A model generated the notes under the pieces. It was not told the origin of the DNA and ran no database searches. It saw nothing but the letters and a program-made list of their open reading frames with translations. Shown piece by piece: positions 43,135 to 54,544 of a stretch of 64,000 nucleotides of DNA. Location of the stretch: positions 13,640,001 through 13,704,000 of the forward strand of contig NC_134025.1 in the NCBI RefSeq assembly GCF_964204645.1, in the 5' to 3' direction. The position numbers were made by a program, and so were the translations under genes. Source of the stretch: Tubulanus polymorphus. Taxonomy: Eukaryota; Animalia; Nemertea. Position 1 is the first letter of the stretch. Every line of letters starts with the position of its first letter.

Positions 43135-43291
43135 CAATCCACTGAAACAACTTGTTCTAGCAATTCTTGTATGACAAGAGTTGCAATCAACAGCAGTCTC
43201 AATGCCCACATAGCATCACGACTACAGCATACCAGCACAGTGATCGTCTATCATTCTTGACTAAAACAGCCAAGAACCTAGTCTGATTTAC

Positions 43292-43447
43292 CTTATGCAG
43301 CAGTTCAGGAGATGAGCTCCGCAACACTTTTTCAATCTTCAAAGAGGAGACAGAGAGCCACATAGAAAGCAGATCTTTTAACGAGCCATACAACGACCTT
43401 AGTTGTGGGTGATGTTCTGCGTCAAAACCGTTCGTAGTGAGCATTTG
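43292..43447 (-). CDS. MLYCD: MLYCD coding exon 4 (QMLTTNG...LRSLYGSLKDLLSMWLSVSSLKIEKVLRSSSPELLHK)
   Basis: Aligns to human [30 protein letters not shown]; 156 nt phase 0-0. Confidence 0.9.
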
Positions 43448-43703
43448 CTGGAAAAAATACGTATTTTATAATCAGGTAACAATATTCACCTATTATCTGG
43501 TAACCAGAAACACAGAAACAGTGCTAAATTAAGTTCCAGATTGAACAGCCCAACAAAATCATTTCCTGCAACTTAACAGTAATTGCGTTTCAGAACAAAC
43601 TGAATTTTCATTTCAAAAAGGTTATAATTTCACTTCAATTTAATTTGAATTTCTCAGTTACTTTATTAAGTACGATAAGTAGAAGTTTACAGTCATACAT
43701 TAT

Positions 43704-43940
43704 TTAAATATTCATAGAGTAGCCGTGTTAATCAGGTTTAAAATAAGTAATGAGACGAGTAGTACTGTATAGGTTAACTATTTATTTGACGCACGAAATT
43801 TCGCTTCTAATGAATAGAAGCAATAATAGCTTCATCAGGTGAATGAGCATTCACCTGATGAAGCTTCTATTCATTAGCAGCGAAAGCTCGTGTGTCAAAT
43901 AAATAGTTAACCTATACAGTACTACTCGTCTCATTACTTA
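43704..43940. mobile_element. Penelope-like element terminal remnant, inverted duplication
   Basis: Near-perfect palindrome about 43744-43940; GAGTAGCCGTGTTA terminal extension; ATACATTAT direct repeat flanks; hammerhead core. Confidence 0.75.
43852..43892 (+). ncRNA. Minimal type I hammerhead ribozyme motif
   Basis: CAC-CUGAUGA-A-GCUUCUA(uucau)UAGCAGC-GAAA-GC-UC-GUG: both catalytic boxes, stem II, palindromic AGCU stem III, stem I CAC/GUG. Confidence 0.7.
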
Positions 43941-44738
43941 TACATTATGTAGCAATGAAATCAAGCCAAAATCCTTTCGGTTTCTAGATTTCATTTTCTA
44001 CAAGATGACATGAAAATATCCTTTAAAGTGAACTCCACATAATTTGTATCTTCGGGAAGCGGCAATAGTGAAATGAGAGTAAGGTGACTTTCAATTGTAT
44101 GTACAGGCTGTGGCAGTGCTATCAGTGCAACAAGGCCACTATGTTAAGGCAGACCACCAGTACAGGTATGCACATACATGTAGCTGCAATTTAACTACAG
44201 TCTTCACCTCATCAATGGCACTATGCACAAAGCTGCCAACCTAGATTTTATCTTTTGCTGAACACATGTCCAAGTTTATCAGTATTTTCAAAACTTTTCC
44301 AGTAGTCCCCACTTTTCAAACCAGAAGACGTTTTAAAAATCAGTTTTGAGGTCTTAAAAATCTGTCCTAGGGGAAATTAATAGGAACAAAATATGTGTTC
44401 CCGTTTTTTGACACCGTACTAGTGCCCCATCTTCATCTTAGTACAGATGGCGCACTAGTACAGTGTCATATTGAGAGTAGGCCTATAATTTGAGTTGACA
44501 AGAGTGATTCTGAAACATTTAAGAAAGAATGATGTAATTTGCCATGAAAAGGAGTAAGTTTTCCGTTATTTATCAAATTTCTTCAGTATTCTCAGGTGAA
44601 TAAAAATCCGTAAAAACCCTTCTAATAACCGAACACTGTATTTTCAAACTATATTCCAGAGCAGTTGACTGTACATGTATTCTACTTTTTTCCACAGCCT
44701 GTATTTTGATTACATGGGAGTATTTGTTTTAGCCTTAC

Positions 44739-44879
44739 CAGGACTTCAGCGCGGATATCAACCAGTAATTTAACACCACCTTTAAGTCGACCAATTTGAA
44801 TGAACAACTGTTGATATCGTGGCAGTAGAGCCAATCGCAAACGTTCTTGTAACTTCACAAAATTTGCCGACGATCGATC
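44739..44879 (-). CDS. MLYCD: MLYCD coding exon 3 (DRSSANFVKLQERLRLALLPRYQQLFIQIGRLKGGVKLLVDIRAEVL)
   Basis: Matches human [37 protein letters not shown]; 141 nt phase 0-0. Confidence 0.95.
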
Positions 44880-45347
44880 CTGAAAAATATAGCAAAACAT
44901 ATCCACTATCATTTTGCATTATAGTAGACCTGATCAATCTAATCAACCCTTTCAAGATGGGGATTTCAGGGTGTCTGGAATCCCCCAAGTTTTCAGGTAG
45001 TTCCTGACACCCATGTGGATAGTGATGACATAATAGGGGCTACATTACAGCTTTACAAGAATGATTATTATGTATTTCATGTAACATTATCATGCAACAA
45101 TGGATCCCAATCAGCCAGCTCGATTCTGCTCAGGCCAATTTTGGGGCTGCAGATCTCTGAATAATAAAATCTATTCTATCGACACAAAAATAAATTATGG
45201 ATGAAAAATTAAATCAGCCCTGGGGCATTGCCCCAAGTGGACTTAGAATTGGCACAATCTTGTGTTTACATAAGAAAAGCTAACATTCTTCAATTTTTCA
45301 TTAAAGCCAGCAAAAGATTTTGGCTGCATGTAGTCCACAATAAATAC

Positions 45348-45488
45348 CTGTGTTGTAGAAATCAACTGAGAAAGTTGCACAATCCCATTTGTATCAACAC
45401 CATAATCACTGGCTAACACACGTAGAAATGTCAATCGATCTGCAGCCGATAATGAGACATATAGTTGATAGACTTGTTGGGCGCATGC
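45348..45488 (-). CDS. MLYCD: MLYCD coding exon 2 (ACAQQVYQLYVSLSAADRLTFLRVLASDYGVDTNGIVQLSQLISTTQ)
   Basis: Matches human QCADFVSFY...RAELLGRLARGFGVD; 141 nt phase 0-0. Confidence 0.92.
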
Positions 45489-46459
45489 CTGAAAAAGAGG
45501 ATGGATTTTCTACATTAAACTAGGGGTCCACGGAAGCCATGCACACATTGGTCAGAAATGCTCAAATTTTAACATCCAATGCCCCCTAATGAACATATAC
45601 AGAACCAATAACCGTGAAAATCACCATGATGATAGAACATGTCATGAGCTACATCGAATGGGATCCCTGCGTTTAGACCATCCTCCCCCGGCAAGGATTC
45701 GAACCAGATGGCATCGAGATTGCCACGGTACGAAACCCTGCCACACTAGACCGAGTGCGCAGCTACAGGCACAAATTAGATGATGTCGTTATCAGCCAAT
45801 CAGATATCCCGTTTTATTTTAGCCCGAAATTTACCTCAGCGATTTTACAACGAGCAAATTGATCGCAAGTTTGCGTGCAGCAAAGCTGCGCCTGTACCTG
45901 CGCACCAGGTCTATTGTGGCAGGGGTTTGTACCGTGGCTGAGTGAAGCGATGCCATCAGGTTCGAATCCCTGCCATGGGAGGATGCGTTAAGACAGACCT
46001 GGGAGAAAATCTTGACGTTTTTTTTTTCAGCGAAAATTATGTGAAAATGTTTGAACAACAGCCAAAACTAGCACTAGCAGTCCGGGTCTATTTTGATTTC
46101 TCAGAAACGCATGTATAGGAATAGAACGACAATTTGCTTTGATTTTGGCATATTTTTGATTATTTCACAAAAACACGAGTTTGGAATTATATGAAATTTT
46201 CAGATCGTAAAGTAGATACTACATGACACCTCTAACGATAAAATCAGATCTCAGGACCATCTGGATAAAAAGTGTGCCACCCATCTTACGGAAAATTTTC
46301 GCGATAGGCAAATGAATTGGAAGCATGACGTTATCAGCTAGTGATAGCAAAAGCGAACAATAGATTCGCTAAAAATATGCAAAGCACCCGTCAAGGCTAT
46401 GCACCAAGTGGGCTAAAAATCATGGAAAATCATCCATGAATTTCATGAATAGGGCCTAC

Positions 46460-46549
46460 CTCAGCTTTGAGAGAGTCGATGCTGGCAATTGCCTCTCCCA
46501 ATATTCGATGTATTGTAGCTGCTGATGAATTCATTACATTTCGTTTCAT
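46460..46549 (-). CDS. MLYCD: MLYCD probable first coding exon (MKRNVMNSSAATIHRILGEAIASIDSLKAE)
   Basis: gtaggc donor phase 0; AE|ACA junction parallels human AEGQCA; acceptor at 46567 followed by in-frame TAA implies a non-coding upstream exon. Confidence 0.65.
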
Positions 46550-46613
46550 TCGGTAAAAAGTGAATTACTGAAAAATAAATCCAGAAAAAAGTTTAAATAC
46601 ATTTTCCTATTGT

Positions 46614-47876
46614 AACTTGGGGTCCAGGGACACCGTGCCCACTTGGAAAGTAGTTTCAAATGCTCAATCTAACAATTTGAATATTCAACGCCCCCTGGTG
46701 ACCATACACAAAAACTAATGACCTTGAAACTCACCACATTCATAGAATATGTCAGCAGCTACAATTTCGCAATTAGTTGTGATGACAATATATGCCTCGG
46801 TACCAATATAATATGGAAACACTAAGTTATTCTACTATTCAACGCCCCTGGTGACCATGCAAAACCCAATGACTTTGAAACTCACCACATTCATAGAACA
46901 TGTCAGCAGCTACAATTTTGCAACTGGTGGTGATAACAATATATGCCTAGGTACCAATATAATAAGGAAATACTAAGTTATTCTACTATTCAACAACCCT
47001 GGTGACCATATAGAAAAATTAATGACCTTGAAACTCACCACAATCATAGACCTTGTCATGAGCTACAACTTTGTAATTGATTGTGGTAACAAAATATGCA
47101 TAGGTACAAATATAATATGGAAATACTAAGTTATTGTATTATTCAACGCCCCCTGGTGGCCATATACAAAAACCAATGACCTTGAAACTCACCGCAATCA
47201 TAGACCATGTCATGAGCTACAACTTTGCAATTGATTGTGGTAACAAAATATGTTAGGCTAAGGTTTCAATATTATGTGGAATAACTTTTTTCCACTACGA
47301 ATGAGTACTGATGACACCAAGATGGCCGCCAATTGCGTGATCATAGGCTGATCAAAAATATCTGTCGCAAGTATTGAAGATCCCTTTCCATAGAATAGCC
47401 AACACAAATTTCAATGAAAAATGGCAAACCAGTAGGAAGCAACAGGACTCAGAATTCAGGCCAAAATTGACATTTTTGGGCACAAAAAAGGTCACAGGAC
47501 GGCCATCTTGAATCCGATCGACCCAAATTTTCTTATGCCGATGGGCCCTTGGTGGATACAAATACCTACGAAAGATCAAGGTAATTGATCAAAGCGTCTT
47601 CAAAATTTCCCTTGAAAACTTGAAATATGTGCAAAAAGTCCTGATTTTGGCGAACAACAATGGCTGCCAGTCGGCCATCTTGAATCTGACAGGGCCAGTT
47701 TTTGGGCTGAAGATGTGTCTATAGTAGATACATGCGTAACCCAAATATCAAGACATTACATTGAAGCGTCTTCAAACTTCCCAAAATAACTGAATTCCGT
47801 CTACAGACGAACGGACGGACGGACGAAAAGTGAACGCAATAGCCCGCTGGGACTGAAGTCCCAAGTGGGCTAAAAA
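46614..47876 (-). mobile_element. Helentron-type element family A, full-length copy
   Basis: Both termini, (GGAC)n, four tandem units of about 154 bp. Confidence 0.88.
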
Positions 47877-48639
47877 CAAAGCACATTTCATTTTAGCATT
47901 TTAAAGTACATTTTAACATCGTTAGCTCAAGTAGCCTGCATGTATTGTACAGGTGGTACCAATATAGTTAAACACATCTACATCAAAATGAAACATCAAA
48001 TTTACTCGCCAATTCTACATTAAATGCTCATCAAAACATCATATTTGATGCACCTAATCTGATCTTTGATATACTGTCAACACTAAATCACTTATTATAG
48101 ATATACAGTCATAAACCAATATTAATTTGACGCAACAAAATCACGATCATAGGTATCTAAATGTTCATTTGACTCATCAAAATCACTAACAATTAAACCT
48201 CACATTGCCAGTCGCCTATCAAACCATCATATTCCGCCTGTCAAAATCATTTATTTTACGTCATAAAAAATAGATTTCACCTGCCAAACAATCATATTTT
48301 ACTTGTTCCAGTTTCATATCAAATATGTGCCAAACATCACTGATGCCCCCGCTTATAAGCTATGTCTATAGGGTAACTCACTGTATAGGGTAACTCACAC
48401 CTACTAGACTAATTCCTCAGCTATTAATCGGGTAATGCAGTCTGCACCAATTGAAAAACCTGGGGTATTATAGCTATTTCTGGAGAAATGAAGGCACTAT
48501 CGCGTAAACGTCATTTTCCAATACAGCCCCTGGTGGCCACAATTTAAACTAGAGCAACCGGAATTTATATAGGAATATAAGTTACCTTAGACCATTTCCT
48601 ACCTGTGTACCAAGCAATGAAGGCTCTATCGTGCTAATA

Positions 48640-49058
48640 TCTGCGTTCACACTAGGATTTCAGTACGGTACTAAGCGTTCACACTAGGAAATTATTCGAG
48701 GCCTATTCGCGGCTTATTCAGTTCCGTACTCAAATACGCGGCTTATCAAGCACGGAATGCGATTCCGCGCCGAAAACCTGATCTCAGTATGGCACTGAGC
48801 TGGCCGCATATTTTCTGTAGTGTGAACGTAGATTCGGCATTTAGCTAGCCGCGTATTCACATCCTCTTAGTACAAAACACTTAGTACTAAATAAACTCCC
48901 CTCTATTGGCACACTGGGTGACTATACTAGGCTTACTAAGTGCCAAATTGCCAACTCGTAGTGTGAACGTAAATGGCTGTATAAGCGCCGTATTTTGGTG
49001 AATTCGGCACCAGCGAAGTACGGTACTTCGTAAGCGCCGAATCTAGTGTGAACGCGGC
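48640..49058. mobile_element. PIF/Harbinger-like MITE
   Basis: TIR GCGTTCACACTAG / CTAGTGTGAACGC with internal repeats of it; TAA flanks; interrupts a tandem-unit repeat. Confidence 0.7.
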
Positions 49059-51399
49059 TAATGTCATTTTCGATCTGCCCCCTGGTGGCTACAATTTAAA
49101 CTAGAGCAACCTGAATTTAGATAAGAATGTACCACGGACTATTTCCTACTTGTGTAGAGTCTACCAAGTTTGAAACCAATGACATTGATACTCACCAGAA
49201 TCATAGATGTAACGGGCTACAATTTTGCAATTGATTGCGATAGGCCTAACAAAATGTGCCTAGGTACTTCGCCTATATAATATGGAAATACTAAGTTATT
49301 GTTTTATTTAACGCCCCGCTGGTGACCATATGCAGAAACCAATTAACTTGAAACTCAACACAATTGTAGAAAATGTCATGAGCTACAACAATTGATTGTG
49401 CTAACAAAATATGCCAAGGTACCAACATAATTTGGAAATACTAAATTATTCTACTATTCAACACCCCCTGTTGACCATATACAAATATCAATGACCTTGA
49501 AACTTACAATAATAGAAAATGTCAAGAGCTACAACTTTGCAATTGATGATGGTTACAAAATATGCATAGGTGCCAATATAAATAGACAATTTGTATATCA
49601 TTCAATATTTAACTCCCCTGGTGGCCAGAACAAAGAATTGGGAGATCCCAATTCCAAAAATCAAATATCAAGACTCTAAGTTGAAAACTGTTGATATTTT
49701 CCTCAATAAACCTTTGCCACCTACAAATGAGTACTGATGACACTAAAATGGCCGCCAATTGCGTCATAACTGGCTGATCAAAAATACCTGTCTGATGTAT
49801 GAAAGACCACTTTTCATAGAATGTCCACCAAGCATTTCAATGAAAAATGGCAAACCATTAGGAAGCAATGCCTCAGAATTCAGGCCAAGATTGAAATAAT
49901 TTTTGGGCACAAACGAGGTCACAAAATGCCATCTTGAGTCCGATCGACCCAATTTCATTCATGCTAATGGGCCCCTTGGATGATACATGTAAAAGATCAA
50001 GATATTGATCGAAGAGTCTTCAAATATTTTTCCTCAAATATCTAACTCCCCAAACATAAACATGGCTGGCTAGGGACTTGTCGATATTCCTGGGGCATAA
50101 GAAACAAATGAATATTTCTCATAAGAGAAAATTTTTTTTCGACATTAGGCCTATGTTTCTGCTGATAATCTAAATCATTTTTTTTTCTAGCTGAAAACTG
50201 TTTTTCTCTTAAAACATAAAATTCGAAGTGATCTTCTTGTCTTCCTTTTTTATTCAAATATCGGATCTAATTTCTGAATCAACAGTGGGCTTCTTTCAGG
50301 TCACAATTCTTCAATCATGTAATAAACCCCCTCAGCATCACCATAGAAACGCAAATGTTGACATCATGGTATCACAAAGTGGTTAAAAACCCTTAACCAA
50401 TTCTTGATACACTTAATCTAGGTATATCAAAATAGAAATATTTTTAGCAGATAGTGGTAGGCCTAGAGACCTATAGCCACCAGTAAGCAATAAGACCAAT
50501 TATTGATTATATTTGTTGAGAAATTCTCATCAAGTTTATTTCCTAGCAGAAAATTAAATTTCATGTCGTTCCAATTGATTTCTCAATCTTATAAGCTTAA
50601 ACGCTGATTTAATCATAAGGCCTATAAATGAATCTAATTTAAACCTTGGAGTTGCTGTCATCTTCTTTCTACCCTGGCCTGCAATAAACCCTGGCATTAG
50701 ATTTCATTTTTTCAAGTTTTAACTAAGAATTGATTTAATTTCTTCATCAATCTTATGCTTAGATTGGGCCCACATCTACCCGTGATGAGAAAGTTTGTTA
50801 AAATTTTGTGATTTTCCCTTAGGCGCCTAGCAGTTTCAATAAAAACAGTAAATTTTCTCTTGTTTTCTAAATCTACTATTAAAAATTATTTAAAATCAAG
50901 CTGTGATGAGGGGTCCTTCACTTAGATTTCATCTATTACATATTAGCCTATAGTGCGGTAACAATTTATTCTTTCTCCAGGTGATAGAAAACTAAACAAA
51001 GAAAAGAAAAGGCATCTAAATCGAAAACGGTTTACTTCAAGAGATTCGACCAGACCTGCAACTGAAATGGTCTGTTGCTAATTGGTACTTAGCCTAATTT
51101 AATTAGGCCTAACACTTACCAGGAAGCCTACAATTAATTTGATACAAAACATTCCTTAGTTTAAAAAAAACTATTAAGGTTAAAGACAAGTCAAATCAAC
51201 GGTACCGGTAGGCCTACGGCTACGCGCAAAAGTTTAAGTTGGCTTGTAGTATCCGGTAGTAGGCCTAAAAAACTAAAGTTCGTAATTTAAAAGGAGCAAA
51301 CCTTATATATTATGTCGATACTTGATTTAAAAGGCCTATATAATCAAACGAAACACACGTGTGTGCAGTCTGCAATCAGCCAGATCAACAACCATTCAG

Positions 51400-51827
51400 A
51401 AAATATCGTTACTTCATATCCCGAGGGAAATGAGCTAAATAGATTTCGAAGAATTTTCGATCGAATTGCAGCACCTTCCTAGAAAACCACATCCGCTTCG
51501 TAGAATAATCATGACGTCATGGATAGCTGTGAAGACGGTATCCCCGTTCTAGCGTGATTTCCTGGCAATTAAACTCAAATCAATTCAATTCCTTTAAGTT
51601 TTGCATGTATAAGGGATACGTACTTTGATAAATATAGTCGATATTAGCGATATCATTAATTTCTAAGTCTGATTTTTCTTCTACGCAACAATCACTGACG
51701 TATTTCACACACAGGATTTACTTCCGGGTTTTCTAAGTTGAACGCTGCTGATCTTTTTCTATGAAAAAGGCGATTTTTATCATCTGTTTTGAACCGGTAG
51801 CGAGTTTATAAACTTTAAAGCTGAATA
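51400..51827. promoter_or_regulatory. Probable bidirectional promoter MLYCD / PDSS2
   Basis: CpG-enriched; palindromic CRE ATGACGTCAT at 51511-51520; ETS-type ACTTCCGG at 51720-51727; immediately upstream of PDSS2 ATG. Confidence 0.5.
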
Positions 51828-52132
51828 ATGAATTTAATTGAGATATTTAGAATGGGTTGTCAATCGCGGAGAATTGGTCCATATTGTTTTCGAAGAACAC
51901 AAAGAAGACACTTCATGAATTTGTGGGGTTCATCGTCGACATCAACAAATCATGATGATACTGACAGAAGGAAAAACGATCTGGACAAAGTGGTTAGAGA
52001 CGCTGAGAAAATCGTTGGTTATCCAACATCTTTCATGAACTTACGATGTTTATTGAGCGATGAAATGTCCAATGTGGTGATGTATTTGAGAAAATTGGCT
52101 GGAACGGGGCACCCACTTCTTAAAACTGCTAG
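51828..52132 (+). CDS. PDSS2: Polyprenyl (decaprenyl) diphosphate synthase subunit 2, coding exon 1
   Basis: [24 protein letters not shown]...[16 protein letters not shown] nearly identical to recalled human PDSS2; Arg-rich N-terminal presequence; AG|gtaggc donor phase 2. Confidence 0.96.
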
Positions 52133-52159
52133 GTAGGCCCAGATCGCAATTTGTCAGAT

Positions 52160-52655
52160 TAATGTCTATTTCAACTTGCCTTGATGGCTTGAGAGGACAA
52201 TAGTTGACCTAGCTTTGTTAGTTTTGGTAGTACATAGACCTACCTGATATAGGCCTTTAAAGGACCAGAATGGACGGGCAATTGAACTAAATGATTGATT
52301 TTAATCCATTTTGCACTGTATGAAGGATTGCCAAAAGTGTTCATTAAAAGGGGTTGCATCATAGTTTAACGATATATCTACATGCCTAACTTTTCAAATT
52401 ATCAAAAATTTGGCATGGAAACATAGGCCTATTGTTGAACTTTCCAATCATTGGAGTCACTGTTCTTTAATCAACCCCATTCAATGAGACTTTTTGCAGT
52501 CCCTCAATGCTGTGTAAATGGATTAAAAATCCATGTTTTAATTCATCTGCCCACCTCTGCTGGTCCTTTTAAGACCTAAATCAGGTACATGTACTACCAA
52601 ACCAACTGAGCTAGGCTACCAGATGTCCTCTTAAGTCAAGTTGAAATAGACATTA
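52160..52655. mobile_element. MITE with long degenerate TIRs
   Basis: TAATGTCTATTTCAACTTG / CAAGTTGAAATAGACATTA with complementarity extending over 100 bp; related copy at about 16698-17046. Confidence 0.65.
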
Positions 52656-52666
52656 GATAGATAGAT

Positions 52667-52893
52667 ATATATGGCGGCTGTTTCGGGCCATACTAAAAAC
52701 TTTTTCTGTACGGCTAGCAACAATTAAAGAATTTTCACATTGGCCCGTTTTTTGGTTTTCTCGTGCGAGGATTAAAAAAGTTTTGAATTCTCGCGCGAGA
52801 AAACCAAAAAACGGGCCAACGTGAACATTTTTTATCGTTGCTTTAGCTGTACAGAAAAACTTTTTAGTATGGCCCGAATCAACCACCATAGAT
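52667..52893. repeat. Fold-back palindromic element
   Basis: TTCGGGCCATACTAAAAACTTTTTCTGTAC / GTACAGAAAAACTTTTTAGTATGGCCCGAA and TTGGCCCGTTTTTTGGTTTTCTCG / CGAGAAAACCAAAAAACGGGCCAA. Confidence 0.85.
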
Positions 52894-53019
52894 AAAGGCC
52901 TAGGCCGTAGAAGAACACCCCTCTGGCCTCCAGGGCCTGATGTGTGCCATGTTCTAAAATTTGAAAGATTTTGCAGTGCACTTAATACATATGCCTATTA
53001 CCTTGTTTCTCATTTCAGT

Positions 53020-53348
53020 GGAGCGGTGTGGCCGAGCGGTTAGAGCGTTCGACTCTGGAAAGCCAGGTCGTGGGTTCGAACCCCGTACATTGCCGTAGTG
53101 TCCTCGGGCAAGACACTTATCCTCATTGCCTCTCTCCACCCAGGAGTAAATGGGTACCTGGCCTGATAGATGACTCCTGAGCATTTGTTAGCAGCTTGGT
53201 GTTACTTCTCCCAAGGGAGAGATGAGTGATACATGTTAGAGTATAAAATTGGCCGGGGTAATAATATCGAACAATGTAAAGCGTTCTGAGCAGCCTGGCT
53301 GGATTTAGCGCTATATAAGACACATATTATTATTATTATTATTATTAT
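53020..53348 (+). mobile_element. tRNA-derived SINE with CORE-like centre and L2-type tail
   Basis: A box TGGCCGAGCGG, B box GGTTCGAACCC, GTGTCCTCGGGCAAGACACTT, TGTAAAGCG...GCGCTATATAA, (ATT)n tail. Confidence 0.88.
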
Positions 53349-53731
53349 TTCTGGTCAGCTTTAAAGTTGATCCGGCCAACCATCTATGTACTCTGTAGGC
53401 CTATAATGCTTTGTTTAAATTCATGATCACGGTAACCATCAAAGACGAGAAATAGAAATGAATGAACTGATTGAAAATTTTATAGTAATTTACAAAATGA
53501 CCTAGCTGATTAGGAGAAACAAGGTATCATTTTATTTTAGCCTTAACATAAGTATTTGAAAAATGGTGAATCGGAAAATGCCTAATCTCTTGAAAATGAC
53601 CTCATTCAGTAACTTTGGGTAAAAGTGCAGATCCGCACCTCTCGTAAGTGACACTATCTATTGAATTACGAATCTCAGTGTCAGACACAGAATGTCTAGG
53701 AATCCAATGTAGTGGTTTAAATCTTAAGATA

Positions 53732-54108
53732 TAGGTGACATACAAGATAATTTTTCACAATTTCGACTTATTATGTCGAATTTTGACTTATGGCAAATTT
53801 CGACTTATTAGGTCGAATTTTGACTTATTATGTTGAATCTCGACTTATTAGGTTGAATTTTGACTCAAGTCGAATTTCAAATTATTCTGTCAAATTTCGA
53901 CTTATGAAGTCGAATTTCGAATTATTATGAAATTCAACTTATTAAGTTGAAATTTGAGTTATTAAGTCGAAATTCGACATAATAACTTGAATTTTGACAT
54001 AAATTCGATTTCAACATAACAACTCGAAATTATGAATTCTACATTATAAGTCAAAATTCGACATAATAAGTTGAAATTGTGAAAAAATTATCTCGTATGT
54101 CACCTAGG
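53732..54108. mobile_element. Fold-back MITE with about 21-bp internal tandem repeats
   Basis: TIR TAGGTGACATACAAGATAATTTTTCACAATTTC / GAAATTGTGAAAAAATTATCTCGTATGTCACCTA; repeats of TTTCGACTTATTATGTCGAAT. Confidence 0.8.
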
Positions 54109-54544
54109 GGCTTCCCTACTAACCTAATCCTTCAACAAACTACATCAAGCCATTCAAGATCATTAAATACATGATTGTGACTTCACTTAGCACCTGACCA
54201 AGCCGGCTTAGATGTATTTGCATCTTGCGATGAATTTTAAGATTCACCCAAATCAATATGGCATGCGCTATGAAAATTGAGATGATCTTGAGACAAAAAC
54301 GGCCCAAAAACCTACTTCTGAATTCCTGGAAACGTGAGGTTGACGCAGCAATTTGTAATTCAATAGCTTGCGTCTTCCGTCAAAGGTGTTGATCTGCACT
54401 CTTTGTGCTATTTACCAATACTCTATCAATTCATTTCAGTTTTATTCATTACTGGAACAATGTTATGAGTGTAAAACTACATGTAGATTATTCTTATCTA
54501 CTTGTCAAACACCGGCATGACACAATACACGCGCTATAGTATAT

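Noticed and set aside
45831-46058. 75-aa ORF with GCTGAG|GTAAAT donor as an alternative MLYCD exon
   Set aside because: Lies in a repeat; the frame matching the donor has an upstream stop and no similarity
50042-50257. ORF with FYVLREKQ resembling human MLYCD AYELREKT
   Set aside because: No compatible donor, and the downstream exon at 46567 begins with an in-frame stop; likely coincidence
53020-53095. Possible tRNA gene
   Set aside because: No proper acceptor stem or oligo-T terminator; continues into SINE body and (ATT)n tail
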